DNA of 64,000 nucleotides from Camelus ferus (lineage: Eukaryota), in contig NC_045712.1 of assembly GCF_009834535.1 (NCBI RefSeq), positions 4,278,001 to 4,342,000 of the forward strand, in the 5' to 3' direction. Every line of letters starts with the position of its first letter. Positions within the stretch are counted from its first letter, which is position 1. The notes beneath the pieces were generated by a model. It was not told the origin of the DNA. It worked only from the letters and a program-made list of their open reading frames with translations, and searched no databases. Shown here in pieces: positions 52,101-62,566 of this stretch. Position numbers and translations under genes: made by a program.

Positions 52101-55100
52101 GGATTCTCCAAGTGGGTTGAATGTAATCACAATGATCCTTATGAGGGAAAGGAGGCAAGAGAGTCAGAGTCAGGGAGATTTGAAGATACCACAGTGCTGG
52201 AGAGAAAGGGATCACAAGCCAAAGGGTACAGGTTGTTTCTAAAAGCCAGAAAATGCAAGGAAATGAATGCCCTTCCAGAGCCTCCAAAAGAAGTACAGCC
52301 CTCTTTACACCTTGTTTTCCAACCAATGAAACTAATTTCTGACTTCCGACCTCTAGAATTGTGTGATAATAAATTTTTGTTGTTTTAAAACTCTTAAGCT
52401 ATGGCAATTTGAATATTAACAATAGGAGGCTTTTTTCACAATGTCAGTGTTCAAGAATGTCAAAAGAAAAAATCAGAGGTTTGATTGGTATTCAAATATG
52501 AGATGGAGTCTTGTAGGACATTCTTAGATTCTCAAGTCCTGTTGTGTGTTTTGATAAAACACTGAAGCATGCAGGCTGGTGAAAGGCAAATTTAAGAAAT
52601 ATTGAAACAATGTTTTCTTGAAAGAAATTAGAAATTACAAAGATTTTTATTTTGATTTAGTCAAGAAAGAAGATGGATGCTAAAGAAATACCAAACTCGG
52701 CTGTCACTTTCTCTCATCTCACTTTTCTCTCAGGAGATATATTCTAGCACTATATTTTGGATAAAAATTCTCCTTGTTAATTAAACTGTTTTCAAAGGAT
52801 ATATCTCCCAACCCTTTGATGAGGCCAATCATTGGAACACTCAGGCAAGCCACCAGTAATGTTCTTTGGCATTTAATACAAATTTCAGTCAGTTCCATTT
52901 CTAGGACCAAGTAGGTCAACAGAACACACCTGATTTGCCATGTCAAAAACAAGTTTTCTGCTTAAAAACATAGAATAGGTTAGCAAAAACTATCACATGG
53001 TCATATGGTTGATAAAGGAAAAAAAATATTTTTAAGGTTATGTACAATGTGTTTATGTGTGTATGTTCATTTGTATGTACAGATTGTCCTCTATCTGCAT
53101 ATATGAGGGTTCTCCACATAGGCAGATTCAACCAACTTCAGACTGAAAATATTTGAAAAAAAATTTCAGAAAGTTCCAAAAAGCGAAACTTGAATTTGNN
53201 NNNNNNNNNNNNNNNNNNNNNNNNNNNNNNNNNNNNNNNNNNNNNNNNNNNNNNNNNNNNNNNNNNNNNNNNNNNNNNNNNNNNNNNNNNNNNNNNNNNN
53301 NNNNNNNNNNNNNNNNNNNNNNNNNNNNNNNNNNNNNNNNNNNNNNNNNNNNNNNNNNNNNNNNNNNNNCTGTGGATGCTCCAGGAGCCAAAACCCTTTG
53401 GATAGTGAAGGACAACTGTATATGTGTGTGTATATATAGATGTGTGTACATTGTCTTATGTATATCATATATATATATATATATATATATACCTATAGAG
53501 ATATATATTTTTGTCATTAGTTTATTGTTCAGCTCTCAGCCTACTTTAAACTGATCAGTGAAAATACATGTAATATGAGTAAGCTTGAATATTGTCTCAC
53601 CAAATATACTGAAATATCTGTCACAGATCTGTCAGATCTATGAGGTTTTTAAATACTGCCTTTACATACTTCTGATCACCCTTGATTTTGCCTGAGATAG
53701 AAACTGAATTACACGTAGCAGTTTCTGTGAGTTTGGCAACCCCCATCAGCTAGAAGGAAGTGTCTGGGCAAATTTAAAACCACTGATTGATTGGAGATTT
53801 CCATCAAGATTTTCAGATTAACTGAAAAAGGCTAGACTCCAGAAGGGCCATGGAAGCCAGTCATTCCTACAGGTGTATGGCAGTGACTTCATTAATTTAG
53901 TCAACATGGAATAAAACAGGAAGAGGAATGGAACTACATCTCTGACTGGTCAGTTCTTGAGGATCACTCATGACTTAGTCTATTTCGAGCTAGTGGGTTG
54001 AAGGAGAGCTGGTTTAAGAATTGTTGATCCACACATGCTCTTTCCTTGAAATGGACTGATGCTAGAGGTTTTTGTTTGTGTGTTTGTTTCCTCCTTAGCA
54101 GTTCCACAGCAGTTTGTGTTTTCCAATGTGCTCCTATAATCAGAACCTCATTTGTTCCTCACTGATAATTTGGGAAAGTAGTAGGGTCAGACATAATTTC
54201 ATTTAACATGTAAGAAAATTAAAGCATAAAAAGGGAATGTCCTATGTCAGGTTATAAGTCAGTGATGTACCCAGAATTAGAACACAGGTCTCTGCTGGCT
54301 GGTGAAATGGACATAGTGGGTAATGCACTCCGTAATCAAAAGCCTATTAATTGACAATTTCTAAGTTCTTTTCGGACATGGCAAATATATGTTTATAGGA
54401 AGAAATATATCTTTTGCTTTTCAAATTCTTTTCAACCACCTATTCTTTCCCAATACACAGGAGAAATAAGAATGCAGCATTTAAAGGCAAGCTCTATTTT
54501 TTCTGCTTGTTAGTAGCAGTGCATTCATGTCTTAGTCTTTCAAAATTCAGCAACTGTATTTGTTACTCTTTTTCATCAGGGTTCAGAGACCAAAGAATGT
54601 GTTTTTAAAAGCCTGTTAATAAAAATATTTTGTTTATCTACAGTATGTAAGAAATATATGACCATTATGCAATCATAAAAAGTACAAATTGCAGCTCTTG
54701 CGAAGTCCTATCTGATCAGACCATTCCTTCTTTACTACTGTGCCTCATATTGCAGAATATCTTTGAATACCAGACTCACTCATAGGATAAATGCAGCAAC
54801 AATCAAATGTTCATCCTTTATTTAGTAGGTCCTATCTATGTGAAAGACATTTAGCTTATTGTTAAAGGAGATAAAAAGAAGCAAAAGAGTTAATTCTTGG
54901 ATTTCAGGGGCTTCCAAGTAAACTGCAGTGATAAAAGTACCATGGAAGAAAAGATACAGATATATGACAATGCTAGGATCCCATCAAGACTCAAATGATA
55001 AACCAAACCAAACAAAAACTGACAAACAAAACATTCACTAAGCATTTACTAAGGCATGTGCTAGATACTTTACATTAATTTATCTCTTTCAATCTTAAAC

Positions 55101-58100
55101 AAAGCCCTATGAGGAAATAGGTACTACTTTTTCTTCATTTTACAAATGAGCATGTTGAAACTGAAAGATTAAATAACCACCTAACTGTCCAAGGATGGGA
55201 GGTCAGGTTCTGAACTCAAGTTGGGAGAGGGCAACAGAGTGTGTCCTTAAATGTATTCTCTGTCTTTTATCTGTACACTTAATACACATTCCTCTTTTGC
55301 AATTCCAGAAAGATCAAAACAGTTCATTTTGATTGTTAACAGAAAGTTGCAACAGTTATCCAGATTTAAGGGACAAACCCATCGAACAAGGAAAGCAATC
55401 AGTCAAATGATGAGGTGGGAGGAATAAAATAGAAATTGAGCAAAGGAATGTTTTTAATTATAGGTGAATCTCGGTCCCTGGGATGTAAAGTATACTTACG
55501 AGACTTTTTGGTGGTAACATTGACTGGGGGGCTTGAGGGCCCTGTGCCGGCAGTGTTGTAAGCTCTCACAGAAGCAAAGTAGAGAGTGTTAGCTTTCAGT
55601 CCTGTGATGTTTTTGGTTGTGACATTTCCACTGACTCTAATTTTACCAATCATAGATTCTTTGAAGTCGTCTGTCCAGTACAAGACCTGGTCATTAAAAA
55701 CAAAGAGCAAGCAATTTATTGTTTCCTAACAACTGTCAACCACAGTGACATATGGGAAGAAGTCAGGAGCATAAATGAGAGAATATTTTCTGATTAAAAT
55801 GGTTATACAATAACAACAAAATAATCAAAGTCCAAAATTTATAGGGAAGCAATAAAAGTACAAATTTATAATGGATATTAGAGAACCTAGGTTCCTTTTT
55901 TTTTTTTTTAGATTACCACAATAAAATGTTTTGTGAGATATCTAAAGGTTAACACCTTTAACAAAGGGTATATAATAAGTCAGACCAAAACAAGATTTAT
56001 ACTATTAATCAGAGACTGAAGTTATGATGTTTTGCCGTTGACATTTCCTCAAGAGTTCTTTGAATCACAGATGAATTAATAATTCAGCTTATACTGAACT
56101 GTTCCTAACCATTAGCACTATTTGAGGCACACTGAGAAAGACAAGAGATAATATTGCTTGATGCCTGCCTTTGAACCCGTTATAATCTAGTTAAGATGTT
56201 AGAATGCATATGTGAAAAGAAAGTGGAGGATGCATTCCAAAGAAGTGATACAGGGGGAAAATGCTGTAAGAATTTGAAGAAAGATAACATCAGGGAGTGA
56301 TCAGAGAAGAGTTCAGAGAGCAGAGAAAACTGGAGATGAGCTATGAGAAATAAATAGGGTTCAGATAAGAGGTAAGGGCATTCTAGGAGTGGAGTGGCAG
56401 AGACTACCTATCATACAGTAGAACTTTCTCTTTAGATAAGAGGGTTCATGTAAAAAGAAAATAAAGAGAACAGTACAAGGCAAAATCGTACTTTTATTCT
56501 AACTCCAAAATAAAGTAAACTGTGTTACTCATTTCGTAAATCATTAGATTTACAAGTCACAGGACAATATGTGGTTAATAAGTCTCACTCCTTAAGTTTG
56601 TGAGAATGAAGACCCATGAATATGAGGTGATTTGTCTCATTCTATATGGATTATATATGGCAGATTAGGTGAATGTAGAATTTTTCTTGTCACTTAACTG
56701 CATTTTTCAAGATGACTAACTTTTTTAATCATGTTCCAGAGTATAGAGTAGGTTTCCCATTGGAATTCTTCTATGGGTTAAGATCTCTGAAGATGAGATG
56801 TTTACCTATCCCCAAGAAACAAGTATGACTGCAGTTTGAATAATTAAGTAAGATAATCTCCTGATTACTTTTTAAATGCGACCAATTAGTAATTTGTTTG
56901 CTTAAGATTACCCGGAAAGATCCCTGCCATTCATTTCCCTCTGTAGTTTTAGACATACACTACTATATACTAAGAACCAGGTTAGTAGTACAGGACTATT
57001 TAACAGACTATTGTACGGTAAGCTGGCATATTCATAGTGGAACATGAAATTAATGTGGATTACCTCATAGCCCAGAACTCTTCCAGTGTTTCTGTTCCAG
57101 GCAATAGCATTCCATGAAACCTCCATTTCTGAAGCAGAAAAACTTTGGACAGAGGTTCCCCTTGGGGCTAGTTGAGGTTCTACCATCCAGAAAAAAGACA
57201 TAACCATCTTCAGCAGAGTGGTTCATAGAAAACAAGTGCAAAATATAAATATAGTCTCAAAGAGGCCCATTACAGCGCTGAGCACAACTTACCATCTTCC
57301 CCAGAGTATACAATGGACACAGTACTCAGGGATCCTTCTCCTTCGTTATTAAATACACCCACTTTGACTTCAAAAGGAGAAAGAGGGATGATGTTTTCAT
57401 TTCTGTAAACAAACCTTGACGACTCTACAGACAGTACCCTTTCCTTGGTCCAGGTTGTTGAGCCAACTGGCCGCAGCATGATGATGTATCCAAATCCCTC
57501 TCCATTCTGTAGTTCTTCTGGAATTGACTTGGGCAGAAATGATCAATCACTTGAGTATTTACAAAAATATTTTGCATAGCTATTATAATGTTTATTGATT
57601 ATTTGGCATATCTTTTGTAGAGATCAGCATGGATATTTACCCTAAATAAAGTATTCAAAAAAATAATATTTTTATTTAGAATGCCAATTAGAAAAATGAT
57701 CCCAATTAAAGATACTCAAATAAATAAATAAACATTTTAAGTGGAAATATAAAACAGGTTTTATGTGTTTATATATCCTTCCTTGATTATTCCTAAGTTG
57801 TAATAATAAAATGATTTAGAAGATTGCAAGCTTTTATAAGCTAAAGCATAATTTTGATATGAATTTTTAACTCAGCACAGATATAACTTATTAACTGTTT
57901 CAAGGCTAGCCATGTTTTCCTTTCACAGTTTTCAACAAATTCTTGCGAGATACAAGCAGTATAATCACTGTTTAATAACATTTGCTTTAAAACATAGAGC
58001 CTATAACTCAAACACAAATATATAAAGGACCTCCAAGTATTTTTAAATAGATATCTCCATTAGTTGTAGCATCAGTGTGCAGTTTTTTTAACATTAAAAA

Positions 58101-61100
58101 ACAAACAACTAAAGAAAACTTTGCCAAGTCCCAAAAAGACCAAATTCTTTGAGTCATTTAAAGCCTAAATTTATTAAAATTACAGAACAAAAATAGGTAT
58201 AAGTTCCCAGACCTCTACAGGTATTAAACATTATAGTCACACAAACAAATGAAAATGAATTTGTGCTTAAATTTAGACAAATATTCCACCTGTTTATAAG
58301 AAAGTTATATTTAAAGAGCAATAGAATTTAATTTTTCTAAAGCAAAATGCTTTTTTATTTCTAAATATTTTCATAGACTAACAAAGGCATACCTGATAGG
58401 GCATAATGCTTGAGTCTCTCATGCCCACAACTCCATTCCTGAGGTTTCCCTTACCCAAAGGTACCCATTCATTGTATCACATTATCCTGTGACTTGGACC
58501 ACATGATGATCCAGCAATGGGCACCAGAACAAAAGTCAGTATCTAGTAGGGGTTCTGGTACAGAATCTATTCTGTAGTGACTGGTAGAACCAATTAAGTC
58601 CTGTCACTCACGGAGTTTGAGTATAACACGTAGATGTGTTGGGGCAATAATAGATAAACTTAGGGCGAGCAGTAAGTAGAGAACATATAGTAGCAGGGAC
58701 ACTGAGACAGTAGAAACTAAGAGAACCTTAAAGCTGTAAATTATACAGAGAAGAGATAGAATTTAGCTGTTAGCCAGTTGAAAACTGAAGTAATGGAAAT
58801 AGAAAGAACTGAGGGGCAAGCAGGAGGAAGTGTTGGAGCTGGGGCTGGATTACCAGAGTAGCTGACAGCAAGATAGAGCTGCCGTTCTCGGAACAGTGAT
58901 GAACGGTGTTCCAGTTCTTCTTTTGACCTGTCTGCTTGGTTACTGAGACCTTTTTACCACCCTCATTACCTTCCACGTAGCTTTAAAATAAATCCCCATT
59001 AACCAAGATGACCTAAGCTGGTCTCTACTTCCAGCCATGTGGAACAATCTAACAAATACAGTGAAAAGAGGAAGAAAAATTCAGGTCCTGAAATCTCAGG
59101 AAGGAAATTGCTTCCTTGTGTTAGCAGTTCTCTTTTACAGGGAGATCAGAATTAAAACAGTTAACTTAGAGTGTTATGGGAAAGATTTATGACAATTTAA
59201 GCTACCTGCTAGAGCATTTGATTTATTTTTGATGTTTCTCTGAGCTCAGATTTAATCATGATGTTTAGTTCATCTGAGAGAGTGGAGGACTTTTGTTTTT
59301 GTTACTCAAATACAATTAATGTTTCACATGGTGCTCCCTCAAGAAAGATCTAAGTCCAACATGTTCCATTTAGAGGGGCGAAGAGACTTATTTAAGTTCT
59401 TGCTTTTATTATTCTCATATGGGCAGAGAGCCAAATGATGGAGAAATATATATATATATATATATATACTTAAGATGGCCAGAAGAGAATTTTCTTCTCT
59501 AAGAAGAGAAATTATTTAGTAGAATACAGAAATTTGGAAATTCCTCTGGTAATGAAGTCTATTAAAGCTGATAAAGAATAATATGATTTTCCCCCACAGT
59601 GTCTGTAAGAACTAAATCTTCAGTATATAGACCATGAGTCAGCAAACTATGGCCTTTTAACCAAATAGGGCCAATAGCTGGATTTTGAAAATAAAGGTTT
59701 TTGGAAACACAGTCACATGTGTTTATTTGTTTATCGTACATGGCTTTTGAGTGACAATGGCAGAGTTGAAAACTTATGAAAGAGACTAGGCTGTGTGGCC
59801 TGTAAGGCTGAATAGTTTTACTAGCTTGCCCCCCAGGTAAAAAGTGCATCAGCTGCCAGTTTAGGTGCTTATCTCTGACTCTACAGTATTTTATCCTTTG
59901 TGCCTTATTTTATATTCATATTTTATATGAGATATTTACCACAAGCACATCAAACTTGAAAGTATTTTGGAGCATAAATTAAGATAGCATGTGAAAAAAG
60001 ATACTCTTAAAAAAGGAGTTAGCAGCTACTACATCCCCAGAGTTAGATGCCATGTCTAGGTTGTGGGAAAAAATATACAGAGGGAATGCTTTTAATTTTA
60101 TATAAAAAAAACTAGATCAGAAAAATATTTCTGTAGAGTGCCAGATACTGAAATATTTTAAGCATTGGGGGACTCATAGTCTCTTGCAATAGTATGAAAG
60201 CAGTAATACATAACATATAAGAGAATGGATATGGTGGTAGCTGAATTTGTTTATGAAAACAGATAGCAGACAAGATTTGGCCCATAGGTGATGGTTTGGT
60301 TCCCTGGCTTTAATGAAAAACAAATCATTGGAAGATTTTTTTTTTTTTGGTGATTCATATCATCTCTATTTAAGAATAGTATACATTAGATTTCCCATTC
60401 TCCTCACGCACAGAGTAAATACCGTTATTTACCAATCTTTCGTATTTTATGGAGGAGAAAAAATAAGGGATGAAGTCAGTCAAATGATGAAATGTTTATA
60501 TGGCCTTCGAAGAATATTAAGATCTACATAACTTCCTCACTGTAACACAAAAACAGTTCTGTTTTAGATCACTTGAGAGTCAATGACTTTGCAGGAAATG
60601 TGTTCAATAGACAGGAATAACTTGATTACCTTACTATTCAAGGCAGATACACAAGAATTCTTGCCTTCCCTGAACCATGACTTTGCGCAGGGACCACTGG
60701 AATACAAATTTAGGACAAAATAAAAGAGCATGGGGTGAGAGAGCCCTGTGGTCAGATGCTTCTCTGCCCATCTCACATTTCTAAGCCTGTTTTCTGGAAG
60801 GGGCATTACCTACCTCCTAGCATTGTCATGGGAATTTAATAACCTGAAATGTTCAGCCCAGCACCTAAATCCTGTAGGTTCTCTTGTAAGTGAGCCCCTC
60901 TCCTTCAGGCCTCTAAGGGTTCCATCTCTTAGTGCACATCCATTCATCCAGCAGATACTTGAGGAGGTCATACCACATCCCAGGCACTGGGCTTGGCCCG
61001 TAAAGTCTACATGAAACTAGATGTCCAGAAGAAAGGACGGCTTTCATATTCGCTATGCCTTGGTTCTGGCTCTGTCATTTCCAACCCTTCCTTAGAAAAC

Positions 61101-62566
61101 ATCTGTGTTTCAGTTTTCTCTGTATGTATTCACACCCTTCCACCAAAGGGAAATAAAGGGGCTATTTCTTAACCCTCACCTAACCGAGTGAAGAGGCTTC
61201 AGAAAGAAAACATGGCACGTCGTCTCTGAAATTTTGGGGATGCAGATTCTTTTAATTAACAAATGCCTAGGAACCTTCTAAAGGAGAGAGAGACATGGAC
61301 AGCATTTGGTGTCAGAGTGAAGAGAGGCTAAGTGGGTACACACTGCCCTTCCATGGACCATAGAGCAGAGGTGTGTGTTTGCTGAGGGCAGATGTGGAAT
61401 CTGTGCAAGGCAGCTGTCCATGAGCAGCCTTGAAAGGGACTCTATCCACAAAAACACCTAGAGGGGGGAGGTAACCTCTACCAGAAGAGGTTGGCTTTGA
61501 GCCACCAGACTCTAGGAACTTAGGAGACTTTCCAGCAGCCATTTGGTCCTGCACCAAGGCATTACATCTGGAAGTCTTCAGTGAGGCTCCTCCCAGCACA
61601 CTCCCCCTTGCTCCACCCTCAAAAAAAAAAAAAAAAAAAAAACAAAACAAAGCAAAACAAAGCACCAGTGTATGAAATATTAGCATCTGGTCATTTATCA
61701 TTCCTAGAGTATACCAAAGTCAAATTACAAGTTTACCAGCAATCAGGACCTTTTCGTCCTTTTTATCTTCTCCCAATACCAACCCACAGAGACAACTCTG
61801 GAGGAGCTAATTTGGGGCAGGAGAAATTGAATAGCAGGATGGAGAGAAGGTGGAGAACTGACTATGCATTTCCTTTCACACTGTAGAATTCCTTGGCTGA
61901 GGCAGAACTGAGCAACTGGAGAAATGAGAAACTTTGGTTGGTTGAAAGTGTAAAATTTATGATAATAAATCAGGTTGAAAAATTTAAAAAGTACAAAATC
62001 ATCATACATAAACGTGTTAATACTTAATGGTAATTACTGCAAAAGCTATGCCATATGCTTAGGCGTTCATCCAGATACAGGGAAGAACAAATTGGAAGGA
62101 TTTAAAGAGCAATGATAGGAAAATCATTCTTTTCTACCTGCACTCTGCTGAGTCTAACGCCTGAGTAGTTCTAGAGGATATAAATAAGGTAATTTCTAGT
62201 TTGTCAATTAATAACAAAAGTGCTACTGATTTACCTTCAGTAGACGTGGAAGTTGTTTTTCTTATTTTGGATGAGTATTGTGCAGAGTTAGTCATACTTT
62301 TCCACTTCAGTAGAAAAAATTTTTTTAAAGTTTCTAATACCTCCTCTAAATAATGCATCATCAGGAATCTCTCATACCATGATTTGTATATACTCAATAG
62401 TGATCAAAGAAATTTTTTTTTGGTTGTTCTTCAATATACTTCTTGGCAGGCCAAATCTTTTTCCTTCAAAATAACTCAGTTGGATAGAAAATTACCTCCC
62501 ACGTAATGACGAGTTCAGAGCGACTTCCTCCACCTCCATTGATGTTTGTTGGTGCCACGACAGGGA
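44347..62566 (-). CDS. CNTN6: Contactin-6 (NB-3), 5'-partial spliced CDS: join(62566..62496, 57527..57293, 57179..57064, 55686..55500, 46344..46232, 45472..45304, 44447..44347); FN3 domains 2-4 plus GPI signal
   Basis: Exons of 71+235+116+187+113+169+101 = 992 nt join in one frame with compatible phases, all introns are GT..AG, and the CDS ends in TGA. The translation (…[14 protein letters not shown]…[10 protein letters not shown]…VLYWTDD…[38 protein letters not shown]…RIPKMSSLSSRG…) matches mammalian CNTN6 as I recall it. Exon sizes correspond to human exons 17-23. Confidence 0.97.
45304..45472 (-). CDS. CNTN6: CNTN6 coding exon (exon 22 equivalent), 169 nt: [56 protein letters not shown]
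   Basis: Acceptor ttattcag|ATT and donor TCA A|gtaagt. Lies within ORF 45269..45493. Phase 0 to 1. Confidence 0.97.
46232..46344 (-). CDS. CNTN6: CNTN6 coding exon (exon 21 equivalent), 113 nt: (P)[37 protein letters not shown]
   Basis: Acceptor tctttttaaag|CT and donor AAG|gtgagt. Phase 1 to 0. Read manually. Confidence 0.96.
49088..49120 (+). repeat. (AC)16 microsatellite within a MIR fragment
   Basis: Perfect dinucleotide run. Confidence 0.95.
49875..50014. other. Assembly gap (140 N)
   Basis: Run of n. Confidence 1.
51964..52435 (+). mobile_element. MLT1C/D ERVL-MaLR solo LTR in CNTN6 intron
   Basis: tgtggttggtagaataa…cctaattcccagaacct…ggaaaagaggactttgcagatgtgatgaagttaaggatcttg…ttccagagcctccaaaagaagtacagccc…gacttccgacctctagaattgtg. 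Confidence 0.85.
53080..53418. mobile_element. MER2-type TcMar-Tigger MITE interrupted by an assembly gap
   Basis: TA|cagattgtcctctatc…gattcaaccaac…gaaagttccaaaaagcgaaacttgaatttg[N171]…ggatagtgaaggacaactg|TA. Confidence 0.8.
53199..53369. other. Assembly gap (171 N)
   Basis: Run of n. Confidence 1.
55030..55230 (-). mobile_element. MIR SINE
   Basis: ggcatgtgctagatactttacatta…ccctatgaggaaatagg…ttcattttacaaatgagc…actgaaagattaaataac. Confidence 0.75.
55500..55686 (-). CDS. CNTN6: CNTN6 coding exon (exon 20 equivalent), 187 nt: [62 protein letters not shown]
   Basis: Acceptor taatgaccag|GTC and donor TCT C|gtaagt. Contains the FN3 motif Y..V.AYN.AG.GP.S. Phase 0 to 1. Confidence 0.97.
56120..56400 (-). 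mobile_element. L2 LINE fragment
   Basis: gcttgatgcctgcctttgaaccc…agaagtgatacagggg…gagatgagctatgagaaataaatagg…gggcattctagg. Confidence 0.55.
57064..57179 (-). CDS. CNTN6: CNTN6 coding exon (exon 19 equivalent), 116 nt: (E)[38 protein letters not shown]
   Basis: Acceptor ggatggtag|AA and donor GAG|gtaatc. Lies within ORF 56908..57207. Phase 1 to 0. Confidence 0.96.
57293..57527 (-). CDS. CNTN6: CNTN6 coding exon (exon 18 equivalent), 235 nt: [78 protein letters not shown]
   Basis: Acceptor ctgcccaag|TCA and donor GAT G|gtaagt. Overlaps ORF 57270..57479. Phase 0 to 1. Confidence 0.96.
58390..59060 (+). mobile_element. Probable old ERVL-type LTR (family not resolved)
   Basis: Purine-rich middle, then ttccagtt…tgagacc…aataaatcccc…taagctggtctct, the usual 3' layout of ERVL/LTR16/33-like LTRs. 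Confidence 0.4.
59447..59468 (+). repeat. (TA)11 microsatellite
   Basis: Perfect run. Other short runs: (TG)10 at 24732-24751, and (TA)n at about 53468-53491 and 34208-34224. Confidence 0.95.
59633..59859 (+). mobile_element. MER58A hAT-Charlie MITE
   Basis: catgagtcagcaaactatggcc…aataaagg…aacacagtcac…atggcagagttga…gagac…tggcctgtaaggctgaa. Confidence 0.8.
60112..60306 (-). mobile_element. MER58A hAT-Charlie MITE, inverted relative to the copy at 59633
   Basis: tttctgtagagtgccagatactgaaatattttaagc…gaaagcagtaatac…gaatggatatgg…aaaacagatagcagacaagatttggcccatagg…ccctg. Confidence 0.75.
61621..61662 (+). repeat. A22 run followed by degenerate (CAAAA)n
   Basis: Seen directly in the sequence. Confidence 0.95.
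62496..62566 (-). CDS. CNTN6: CNTN6 coding exon (human exon 17 equivalent), 71 nt: (V)[23 protein letters not shown]
   Basis: Acceptor ttggttgcttttag|TC and donor GAG|gtaatt. Phase 1 to 0. Not in the ORF track; read manually. Confidence 0.95.

Noticed and set aside
52030-52388. Overlapping 98- and 108-aa ORFs
   Set aside because: Entirely inside an MLT1C/D LTR, with no protein similarity.
53128-53554. Long ORFs 53128..53517, 53153..53554, 53166..53468 and 53190..53405 (also 43226..43597)
   Set aside because: Their length comes from translating N-gaps as X. The flanks are MER2 and (TA)n sequence.
45473-57207. N-terminal extensions in the ORF track ([24 protein letters not shown]) as alternative starts
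   Set aside because: They are intronic polypyrimidine tracts upstream of canonical AG acceptors, and several start at TTG/GTG or chance ATG.
61312-61886. 129-aa and 101-aa ORFs
   Set aside because: They run through the poly(A)/poly(T) tract (poly-K or poly-F), with no recognisable domain or splice context.
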